Position numbers and translations under genes: made by a program. DNA of 64,000 nucleotides, from the NCBI GenBank assembly GCA_963841435.1, contig CAWJCS010000002.1, positions 256,001-320,000 on the forward strand, given 5' to 3'. Positions 18,201 through 26,494 of the stretch are shown one piece after another (position 1 is the first letter of the stretch; the number at the start of each line of letters is the position of its first letter). The stretch is from an uncultured delta proteobacterium (GTDB lineage: Bacteria > Myxococcota_A > Polyangia > Polyangiales > Polyangiaceae). The notes under the pieces were generated by a model. The model had not been told where the DNA came from and ran no database searches. It worked only from the letters and a program-made list of their open reading frames with translations.

Positions 18201-19304
18201 GTGTCGAGCGCTGAAGTGACCACCCCGTTCAGTCGCGACTTTCGCCAGCGGGTCCGCGTGCACGTCAAAGGGTACGGCGAGCCGCGTGACGCGCTCGCGC
18301 TCGCACACTACGTCGCGGCAGTGGGCCTGTTCGTGACGGCGCAGTTCGTTCAGGCGTCGCTCGCGCGGCAGGTGGCCGAGGCCGTCAGCGCGAGCGTTGC
18401 GGTGCCGAGCGCCGTCGCATGCCTTCGAGCCTTGGCCTGGGCCGGCGGCTCGCTTTGCGTGCTCTTCGTCCAAGTCGGTTCGTTCATCAAGCTGTTCATG
18501 CTCAATCACGATTTGATGCACGGCGCGTTCCTTTCGCGACGCGCCTGGCACTGGTCGCTCGCCGTGGTCGCAGCGAGCTTGATCTTCCTTTCGCCCACCG
18601 TCTGGAAGCGCGAGCACGACCGGCACCATCGCACGAGCAACGACCTCGACGAGCCGCAGGACGGCCAGACCGCGAGCCTCACCGTGGCCGAGTATCGTGC
18701 GCTGTCGCCCTGGCGTCGGCGCGCGTATCGCGTTTTCAACCATCCGTGGCTGCTCTTCACCGTCGTGCCGCTCGGCTATTTCGTGGTGTTCATGCGCCTC
18801 AAGGCACGCTGGCAAGAGAACCTCTGCGTGCTCGCCCTCGTGCTCGGTCTGTGGCGACTCGACCTCTTCGCCGCCTACTTCGTGCCGATGACTCTCGCGG
18901 CGAGCCTCGGTTTCGTCATCTTCCACGCCCAGCACACCTTCGACGGTGTCTACCGCCGCCGGGGCACCGACTGGGACTACTTCGAGAACGGCATGCTCGG
19001 CTCGAGCTTCCTCGTGCTGCCCAACCCTCCCGTCGTCGGTCGCCTACTGCGCTTCTTTGCCCACGGCGTTCAGTTCCACCACGCGCACCACCTGAACCCC
19101 GGCATCCCCGGCTACCGGCTCGAGCGCTGCCACGCCGAGGCCGGCTCCCTGTTCGAGCGCTGCCCACGACTGACGCTTTGGCGCGTCTTCGCGACTCTGC
19201 ACTACAATCTGTACGACGAGGCGCGCGGCTGCTTCGTCGACGCCCGGCGGCTCGAGCACGACGCATCGATGGCCCGAAAGCGCGAGCTCTGCGAAGGTCA
19301 TTGA
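18201..19304 (+). CDS. Membrane fatty-acid desaturase
   Basis: Three His boxes HDLMH, HDRHH, HHAHH; HAQH and NPGIPGYRL. Confidence 0.9.
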   Translation: MSSAEVTTPFSRDFRQRVRVHVKGYGEPRDALALAHYVAAVGLFVTAQFVQASLARQVAEAVSASVAVPSAVACLRALAWAGGSLCVLFVQVGSFIKLFMLNHDLMHGAFLSRRAWHWSLAVVAASLIFLSPTVWKREHDRHHRTSNDLDEPQDGQTASLTVAEYRALSPWRRRAYRVFNHPWLLFTVVPLGYFVVFMRLKARWQENLCVLALVLGLWRLDLFAAYFVPMTLAASLGFVIFHAQHTFDGVYRRRGTDWDYFENGMLGSSFLVLPNPPVVGRLLRFFAHGVQFHHAHHLNPGIPGYRLERCHAEAGSLFERCPRLTLWRVFATLHYNLYDEARGCFVDARRLEHDASMARKRELCEGH

Positions 19305-19356
19305 GCCTCGCCGTGCGGCGCCGTGAAATGCCCAGCCGCCGCGCCGCCTATTGCGC

Positions 19357-19743
19357 TCAGAAAAGCGCGAGCCCGACCATGCCCATGCCCACGATCGACA
19401 CGACCCACAGCACGGTCCGAAGGTAAGGGATGCCCACCGAGTAGGAAAGCGCGTGGGCGAGACGGGCGCCCATGAAGATCTCGGCGCCCTTTGCGCTCGT
19501 CGGACTTTCGCGTCCCGCCACGTGAACCACGAGGACGAGCGCTGCGAAGAGCGGCAGGTTCTCGGCGAGGTTCTTCTCGGCCCGACGCAGCCGCCGCTGT
19601 AACTCGGTCTCGGGCGGTCCCGGCGTGTCGCGGTTCCCGAGGGCCCAGCGGGGCGCTTTCAAGATCGTGGGCGTAGCGGAAATGACAATTAGGGCCCAGT
19701 GCAATGCGACGGCGGCGACGAGCATCCAGAGGTCCGTGGTCAT
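19357..19743 (-). CDS. MAPEG-family membrane protein
   Basis: RAEKNLAENLPLFAALVL, ARLAHALSY..G.PYLRT. Confidence 0.9.
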   Translation of the reverse strand: MTTDLWMLVAAVALHWALIVISATPTILKAPRWALGNRDTPGPPETELQRRLRRAEKNLAENLPLFAALVLVVHVAGRESPTSAKGAEIFMGARLAHALSYSVGIPYLRTVLWVVSIVGMGMVGLALF

Positions 19744-19883
19744 GGTTGCGAGCGGCTACCACGGGCTCGAGTGCCCGTGTAGCTGCCCCAGAGCTCGCAG
19801 CCCCGCGGACGCCGCCACTTCGGCGATATCGGAGAATTGGCGCGCTGCGGTGGCCTGCGCGAAATCCTGGGGTAAAGTAGAGG

Positions 19884-20423
19884 ATGGTGAACGGAGTGAA
19901 GGGCAGGTGTGGTCTGGCCGTGGCCGCCGTCGCGGGCATCTGCCTCATGGCCGGCCCCGCCTGGGGTCACGTGGCATTCGATGGCCTCCAACCGGGCGCA
20001 GAATTCGTAGCAGGCTCGGTGGCGGAGCTCTCGTGGGTCGATACGATCACGCACGAGACGACCGGCTATAACCTCCAGTTCGTTCCGGGAGGAGGCGCGG
20101 CGGCGGTCCCGATCGCCACCAACCTTCCGCCGACTCAGCACAGCGTGAGTTGGCAGGTTCCCGCCGATCCGTGCTCCGACTGCGCGCTCTACGTCCTTCA
20201 GGACAACGTTGCGACGGACTACTCCGCCACGCTCCCCATCACCATCGTCGCCGATGAAAGCGAGCTGATGCCCGACGCCGGCAGCATGGATGGTCCGCCC
20301 GAGACGCCCGAGGGCGGTTGCTCGGTCGTCGCGGGGTCGCGCTCCGCGCCGGTGCAAGGCCCACTCGCGGTGGTCTGGTTGCTGGCGACTGCTTCGCTCG
20401 TCCTCCGGCGCCGGCACGCGTAG
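19884..20423 (+). CDS. Secreted His-1 protein resembling myxobacterial SCE4755-type polysaccharide-monooxygenase-like proteins, MYXO-CTERM tail
   Basis: Signal peptide ending PAWG followed by His; WVDTITH; VPADPCSDCALYVLQ; GGCSVV-TM-RRRH tail. Confidence 0.6.
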   Translation: MVNGVKGRCGLAVAAVAGICLMAGPAWGHVAFDGLQPGAEFVAGSVAELSWVDTITHETTGYNLQFVPGGGAAAVPIATNLPPTQHSVSWQVPADPCSDCALYVLQDNVATDYSATLPITIVADESELMPDAGSMDGPPETPEGGCSVVAGSRSAPVQGPLAVVWLLATASLVLRRRHA

Positions 20424-20440
20424 GCCGCCCGGCGCCGCGT

Positions 20441-21523
20441 TCAGCGTCCGAGCAGGGCGGCGAACGCGCCGTCGTACGCCGGCTTTTTCGAGCCGTCGGC
20501 GTCGAACAGCAACGGGTAGTGCGGGCCGTCACCGGCCCAGGTCCACTGGCTCTGGTCGTCGAGCCAGGTGTGGGCGTCGGTGACGCCCCACGTGGTGATC
20601 GACTGGCAACGCGGGTTCGCGACGCAAACGGCGACGAGGTCGTGGTAGCGCGCGCGCTGCACCTCGAGCTTGGTCGCGAGGTCGCCCGCGACGGTGCCGA
20701 CCCGCACGTCGAGCTCGCTGAAGTTCACGAGCAACCCGAGGTCGGTGAACCGCGCGAGCGTCTCTGCCAGGCTCTCGGGCGTCGGGTCGCCCTCGGCGGC
20801 CGCGTGCATCTGAATTCCCACGCCGTCGAGCGGTACGCCCGCGTCGAGCAAGCGCTCGACGAGCGTGACGGTTGCGTCGAGCTTGCTCGGGGAGCGCTCG
20901 AGGTCGTAGTCGTTGTAGAAGAGCAGCGCATCCGGATCGGCTTCGTGGGCGGCCACGAACGCCTCGTCGATGAATCCCTCGCCGAGCTGGTCGTAAAAGA
21001 CCGTGTGCCGGTACCCGCTAGGGTCGTGGTCGTCGAACACTTCGTTGACGACGTCCCACGCCACGACCTTCCCGGCGTAGTGGGCGACCACGGTCTGAAT
21101 GTGGTTCAGCATCGCGGCGCGGAGGTCCTCCGCCGTCTCGAGCTCCGAAACCCAGGAGGGCAGGGAGTAGTGCCAGACGAGCGTGTGGCCCTTGATCTTT
21201 AGCTCGTGCTTTTCGGCGAAATCGACGAGCGCGTCAGGGGCGCTGAAGTCGAAGCGGCCGGGGTAGGGCTCCGTCGCCTCCCACTTCATCTCCCACTCCG
21301 GCGTCATGTACCCGAATTCCGTACCGGCCACCTCCGCGTACACTTTGTCCGAGACGAGATAGGTCGATTGCAGCGCGGCGCCGAACAGGCGCCCGCTCGA
21401 GTCCGCGGCAGCACGCAACGTCCCCGGGGGCGAGGGCGGCGCATCGTCGTCTCCACCGCACCCGATCACTCCGAGCACGAGCGCGACGACCGCGACGTAG
21501 CGAGCGCGAAGAAGAAAGCTCAT
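20441..21523 (-). CDS. GH10 endo-1,4-beta-xylanase lipoprotein
   Basis: TPEWEMKW, KGHTLVWH, WDVVNE (acid/base), YNDY, GIQMH, SELDV (nucleophile), WGVTD. Confidence 0.95.
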   Translation of the reverse strand: MSFLLRARYVAVVALVLGVIGCGGDDDAPPSPPGTLRAAADSSGRLFGAALQSTYLVSDKVYAEVAGTEFGYMTPEWEMKWEATEPYPGRFDFSAPDALVDFAEKHELKIKGHTLVWHYSLPSWVSELETAEDLRAAMLNHIQTVVAHYAGKVVAWDVVNEVFDDHDPSGYRHTVFYDQLGEGFIDEAFVAAHEADPDALLFYNDYDLERSPSKLDATVTLVERLLDAGVPLDGVGIQMHAAAEGDPTPESLAETLARFTDLGLLVNFSELDVRVGTVAGDLATKLEVQRARYHDLVAVCVANPRCQSITTWGVTDAHTWLDDQSQWTWAGDGPHYPLLFDADGSKKPAYDGAFAALLGR

Positions 21524-21668
21524 CGTGCGCCCCTTTTGCCACGGGCTCGGCTCCGCCGCCAGGGTCGGGCGAGCCCGACGCGCAAGGGCAAAAAAGACCG
21601 GCCCGAGGCGACCCGTGGCACGGCGCCGTATGGCGGTGACGCACGTCTTTTAGTACCAATGCGGGGAC

Positions 21669-21836
21669 GTGACGCTTGAAGCGCTGAAGCGCCTGAAGAC
21701 CCGTCTGCAGTTTACGGGGCACGTTTCGGCGCGCCTCACGGTGTGGCCCGTCGTCGGTGCGCACGAGTTTTGTGTTGCGCTGATTCCCGCCGTCTACGAC
21801 CGAAAGGCCGTAATCGACGTCGGGAGGATGACTTGA
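21669..21836 (+). CDS. Possible 55-aa small protein
   Basis: GTG start after GGGGA, MTLEALKRLKTRLQFTGHVSARLTVWPVVGAHEFCVALIPAVYDRKAVIDVGRMT*, mostly G/C-ending codons. Confidence 0.35.
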   Translation: MTLEALKRLKTRLQFTGHVSARLTVWPVVGAHEFCVALIPAVYDRKAVIDVGRMT

Positions 21837-21852
21837 GCCGGGTCGCTGGCGC

Positions 21853-22899
21853 GTGAGCCGCTCTGTCGCTTCGAGCTCGCTCGCTTTCGTCGCGCTGGTC
21901 TTGGCGGTGGTGGCTGCGCCCGCGTGCACGCGTCACAACTCTCCCTCAGCGTCGACGCCGCGAGCGTCCGTCCCCACGCCGAGCGCTGCGGCCGGCGCCG
22001 ACCCCGGACGCCCTCGATTGGAAGGAGCCGAGCTCGCCGACGACCCCGCGGCCCGCACCGGATCGCTGGACGCTCCGAGGGCGGTTGGCTCTGCTCCGGA
22101 CGTGGCAGCCGCCGAGCTCGCCGACGGCTCGCCCTCCGAAGGGGGTGACGAGGCGCACACGCCGCCCGAAGAGGTTGACGACGACGACGAGCAACCGGCC
22201 GCGCACGGTGTGGCCGATACCGCGACGGCGGAGCCCGCTCCAGATGCTTCGCGTTTCGCGTTCCGGACGACGATGCCGCTTCGGATGTTGGGTGCGAGCT
22301 CGCCTGCGATGCATGCCGCCAATTTGTCGCCCGCCTCGTGCAGCACCGAGCTAAGAACCAAGAAACTGCCGTTCGCTCGGGCTCCCGGTCCCGCGCCGGG
22401 CGTCGCCCTGCCGGTGCGGATCACGGGCCCCCTCCACGGCGTGCACTTCGCCACGCCGGGAAAGAAGAGCGTCTACGGCAAGCTCGACTGCCGCCTCGCG
22501 CTGGTGCTCGAGCGCTTCGCCGAAGTGCTCGAGAAACACCACGTCGCGAAAGTGTTCGTCGACAACCTGTATCGCCCGCACGCCCGCCTGGCGGGGCGGC
22601 GTGTGAAGAGCCAGCACCGCTACGGGCTTGCCATGGACGTGATGGGCTTCGAGCTCGAGGATGGCACGCGCCTCATCGTCGAGCGCGACTTCGGCGCCGA
22701 GTTGGGCCGGCCCCCCTGCGGCCCCGAGAGCACTCTCCCCGTCCTTACCGAGGCGGCGCTCGAGCTGCGAAACCTCGTGTGCGACGTGGTCCGCGCCGGC
22801 GTGTTTCACCACGTGCTCACCCCCAACTTCAATCGCGCCCACAGAAACCACTTCCACCTCGACATCAAGCGTGGTGAGCGGCGGTCGCTTTCGGAGTGA
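21853..22899 (+). CDS. Extensin-like C-terminal domain lipoprotein (Hedgehog/DD-peptidase fold)
   Basis: SQHRYGLAMDV and LTPNFNRAHRNHFHLD motifs. Confidence 0.8.
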   Translation: MSRSVASSSLAFVALVLAVVAAPACTRHNSPSASTPRASVPTPSAAAGADPGRPRLEGAELADDPAARTGSLDAPRAVGSAPDVAAAELADGSPSEGGDEAHTPPEEVDDDDEQPAAHGVADTATAEPAPDASRFAFRTTMPLRMLGASSPAMHAANLSPASCSTELRTKKLPFARAPGPAPGVALPVRITGPLHGVHFATPGKKSVYGKLDCRLALVLERFAEVLEKHHVAKVFVDNLYRPHARLAGRRVKSQHRYGLAMDVMGFELEDGTRLIVERDFGAELGRPPCGPESTLPVLTEAALELRNLVCDVVRAGVFHHVLTPNFNRAHRNHFHLDIKRGERRSLSE

Positions 22900-23011
22900 G
22901 ACTCCGGCCCGCCGGTGCAGGGCGTCATCGCGCAGGACTCGAAAAAACCACCCGCCTCATGCGAAAAGCCACGCCCGCCACGCGACGCGAGCTGTGGCAA
23001 GAATACGGGCC

Positions 23012-24007
23012 ATGCGAAGCCCAGCTTTTTCTCGAATCGTCTCGTTCCTCTTCGTCACTTCCGTCCCGTTCGCCGTCATGAGCTGCTCGAGTACCGACAC
23101 GACGCCGAGCAACACGGGTGGCGCGAGCTCCGGTGCGAGCGGTGGTAGCTCGGGCGTTGGCGGAAGCGGAACGGGTGGCTCTTCGGGTACGGCAGGCAGC
23201 GTGACTGGCGGTACGTCCGGAGCGGGTGGCAGCTCGGGCACGGGGGGAGCGGGTGCCGGCGCGGGTGGCAGCGTAGCGGGTGGCGCGGGTGCGGGTGCGG
23301 GCGGTCAGTTGGCAGGTGGAGCGGGCGGCCTCGGCGGTGATGGCATGGGGGGCGCTGGTCAGGGCGGTTCCACGAGCGGTGGAGCTTCGGGTGGCGGCAT
23401 GGGCGGCGCCGGCGAAGGCGGCGTCATGAGCGGTGGAGCTTCGGGTGGCGGCATGGGTGGTGTCGGCGGACCTTCGGGCGGCGCGTCCGGCGGCGGTGGC
23501 ACGAGCTCGGGTGAGTTCACGCTCACGAGCCCGAGTCTCGAGGAGGGTGGCCACTTCGATGCTGCGTACACCTGCGCCTCGAACAACGGAACGTTGGGCG
23601 GCGGCGTCAATCCCGAGCTCAATTGGTCCGGAGTCCCGGCGGGCACGAAATCGCTCGCCATGACCTTCATCGATACGACGCTCGGAGAAGACAATCGATT
23701 GGGGCAGCACTGGGCGATCTGGAACATTCCCTGGGATGGCTCGAAGGTGAGCCAGCTCCCGGAGGGAACGAAGATGTTGTCCGGCGACCTCATGGCCGCC
23801 AAGCAGAGTGGGACGTTCCTGGCACCTTGTGCCCAATCGCTCATGAACAACATGGACGATCAGTACGCGTTCACGATCTACGCGCTTTCGACCGATACCC
23901 TGAACATCTCGGGAACCACCGTCGCGAATGCTCTGACGGCGCTGAGGGCGGCGACGCCGCTCGGAACGGCGGTTTTGACGGGACACGCGGGCCTCAAGGG
24001 CGAGTAG
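23012..24007 (+). CDS. YbhB/YbcL (PEBP/Raf-kinase-inhibitor-like) lipoprotein with Gly-rich linker
   Basis: FTLTSP, NPELNWSGVPAGTKSLAMTFID, HWAIWNIP, YAFTIYAL. Confidence 0.85.
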   Translation: MRSPAFSRIVSFLFVTSVPFAVMSCSSTDTTPSNTGGASSGASGGSSGVGGSGTGGSSGTAGSVTGGTSGAGGSSGTGGAGAGAGGSVAGGAGAGAGGQLAGGAGGLGGDGMGGAGQGGSTSGGASGGGMGGAGEGGVMSGGASGGGMGGVGGPSGGASGGGGTSSGEFTLTSPSLEEGGHFDAAYTCASNNGTLGGGVNPELNWSGVPAGTKSLAMTFIDTTLGEDNRLGQHWAIWNIPWDGSKVSQLPEGTKMLSGDLMAAKQSGTFLAPCAQSLMNNMDDQYAFTIYALSTDTLNISGTTVANALTALRAATPLGTAVLTGHAGLKGE

Positions 24008-24109
24008 TCGTCAGCGCCCATCGACCCGCTCCATCGCCCTCGCGGGCATCCACGGCGCTCGAGCTCACCGGCCAATAGGGCCTGCACGAGCCGCGGTCGT
24101 CCCCCGGGG

Positions 24110-24787
24110 TTGACGACCGTCCGACAACACTGCAACCATCACGGATTGGCTGAACCGGGAGCGCTCACGCAATCACGACCCAAAACGGGAGTCATTCCGC
24201 CCGCGCACCGGAGAGGTTTCACGCTCGTCGAGCTCATGCTGGTGATCGCGATCATCGGTATTCTTTCGACGCTGGCGACGTTCGGAGTGAACGGGTACGT
24301 GGCAAGGGCCAAGACGGCCGAAGCGATCACCAACGTCGGTGCCATCGGCCGCGCAGTGCACTCGGCCGCCGCGAGGTTGGGCGCCGAGGCCGGCAACGGG
24401 GCCGCGCCCGGGCTTTGCGGAACCTCGACGCTCGTTCCGAAAGCCGTGCGCTTCATTCGTGCCAAGAAGTATCAGCCGGACCCCGCACCAGGAAAAGACT
24501 ACAACGAGGGTGATTCGGTGACGGGCTGGCCATGCCTGCGCTTTTCGATCAATTCGCCGCAACGGTATCGCTACCGATACCAGACGGGCGGCGCGCCGGC
24601 GGCCGTCGGGCTGCCTCGCCGCGGCAAGCCGCGCGGAGTCAACGCGGCGCACGCGTGGGCAGCCTACGCGCAGGGCGATCTGGACGGAGACGGCGTGTAC
24701 TCGTGGATCGTGCTGCTCGGCCGCATCACCGATGAGCAGGAAGTGATCGCGGCGCCGACGTTCCACATACAAGACGAGGAGGAATGA
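24110..24787 (+). CDS. Type IV pilin-like protein
   Basis: Prepilin cleavage/methylation motif RRG|FTLVELMLVIAIIGILSTLA; myxobacterial pilin C-terminal GDLDGDG; start uncertain. Confidence 0.9.
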   Translation: MTTVRQHCNHHGLAEPGALTQSRPKTGVIPPAHRRGFTLVELMLVIAIIGILSTLATFGVNGYVARAKTAEAITNVGAIGRAVHSAAARLGAEAGNGAAPGLCGTSTLVPKAVRFIRAKKYQPDPAPGKDYNEGDSVTGWPCLRFSINSPQRYRYRYQTGGAPAAVGLPRRGKPRGVNAAHAWAAYAQGDLDGDGVYSWIVLLGRITDEQEVIAAPTFHIQDEEE

Positions 24788-24791
24788 GCCG

Positions 24792-26400
24792 ATGGACCAG
24801 GGCGAGGCCATCGCCGTGTCTTCGAGCGTAGCGACCCGTCTCGAGCCGGGGGACACCGTGCTGGGCGTCGAGTTGCTCGAGGTCGCTGGCAGCGGCGTGC
24901 GAGGTCGCGTCTGGCGGGCCCGGGATTCGGCCGGAGACATCGTGGCGCTGAAAACCTACGAGAGCGGCGTCCATGGAGGCTATTCGGATGCATCCGCGTT
25001 CGAACGCGGCGTTGACGCGCTCAACCGGCTCGCGTTTTCGGATCCCGAAGGAAGGGTGCGAACCCCTCGGCTGATCGCGGTGGCGCTCGACCGCCGCGCT
25101 GTGGTGGAAGAATACGTCGCGAACGGGGACGCGAGGGGGATCCCTGCGCTCGCTTGGGACGCGGACCGAGTCGTGGGTTTCTTCCTCGCGCTGACCCGAA
25201 GCGTCTCTGCGCTCCACGAGCTTGGCATGACGCATGGGGCGCTCAAGCCGACCAACGTGCTCGTCGATCGCGATCTCTTGCCCGTGTTGAGCGACCCCGG
25301 CAAGATTGCTCCGCAGGATCCGGGGAAGGCGATTGACCCGACCGACGCGATCTTCCGAGCGCCCGAAGAGCTCTTCGAAGGAGCCACGCAGAGTTTCGGA
25401 GGTGACGTCTTCGGCTTGGGGAAGCTGTTGTCGTTTCTCTTGGCGGGGACTGCGCTCGGTCGTTCTGCCGACGGCTTGGAGGAGCTCAAGGCGCTCGAGA
25501 GCTGTCCCCGGGGGCTCGTGCGGATCGTTCGTCGGGCGACGGCTCACGATCCCGAGGTTCGTTACCCGAGCGTGGTCGACCTCGCGGCCGACGTTGAACA
25601 GTATGGGCGCTCGGACAATGTCGGGCTGTCCAGCATCAGCCCCGAGCTGAGCGAACAGACGGCACGACTGAGCAACGCGATTCTGCCGGTGGCGACGGCC
25701 CCCCGGCCTGACCCCGTGCGGACCCCTCCCAGGGAGCAGCCCGAGCGGGAGCGAAGCCGACCGCGCAACATCGACGTGTGGGTGGGCGGCGCGGGTGTCG
25801 CGTTGGCGGCGGCCGCAACGCTGAACCTCGCCGCCAGGCCGCTCCCCAGCCTCGACGACGCGACGATCTTCGGCGTCGTTCTGACGGTGGCGCTCGCGCT
25901 TGCCACGTTTCTGGTCCCTCCCTACCGGAAAAACCCGCTGCTCGGGCGCGTTGCCCTGGTGCTGGGGGCGACGCTCCTCTACCCCTTCATGGAGCCGCAG
26001 TCGCTGGCCGTGCCACGATGGCAACGCACGTTGCGAAGTGGGAGCTTGAAAGAGCGAGCCGAGGCGGCGTGCCTGCTCGTCAGGAGGGGCGCCTTCGATC
26101 TCACGGGAGCGCGCCTGGCGGGCGCGGATTCTCGCGGGCAAGAATCTCGGCGAGGCCGATTTCGCGAACGCGAACCTCGAGGGGGCGAACCTCGAGGAGG
26201 CGAGCCTGGTCGACGCGAACCTCGTGGGCGCGGCCGTTCGGGCGGCGAATCTGACGGGCGCCGACCTATCCGGCAGCAGCATCGAGCGGGCCAAGGACTT
26301 CGCGTCCGCGCGCTGCAGTCCGGCGACCGAAATGCCCGCCGCCTGGACCTGTGCGAGCGGACGGCCCGTCCTGCGCCCGGTTCCGACTCCAAGGCGGTGA
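24792..26400 (+). CDS. Ser/Thr kinase-like (pseudokinase) + TM + pentapeptide-repeat protein; apparent +1 insertion at about 26130
   Basis: VALK, HGALKPTN, DPG, APE, DVFGLG; removing one T at GATTC (26127-26131) gives ADLAGKNLGEADFANANLEGANL... ending TGA at 26398-26400. Confidence 0.75.
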
Positions 26401-26494
26401 CCCGGGCCGGGCGAAGCCTGTCGCGTTGCGGTCGATCGTCGGCGAGCGACGGACCGCGTTGAGAACGCGGACCCAACGTCGTACGGCGGAACGG

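Noticed and set aside
16692-18935. 747-aa minus-strand ORF
   Set aside because: Antisense shadow of the exported protein and desaturase.
26130-26462. Arg/Gly-rich REPRGG repeat tail of ORF 24792..26462
   Set aside because: Out-of-frame reading of pentapeptide repeats after the one-base insertion.
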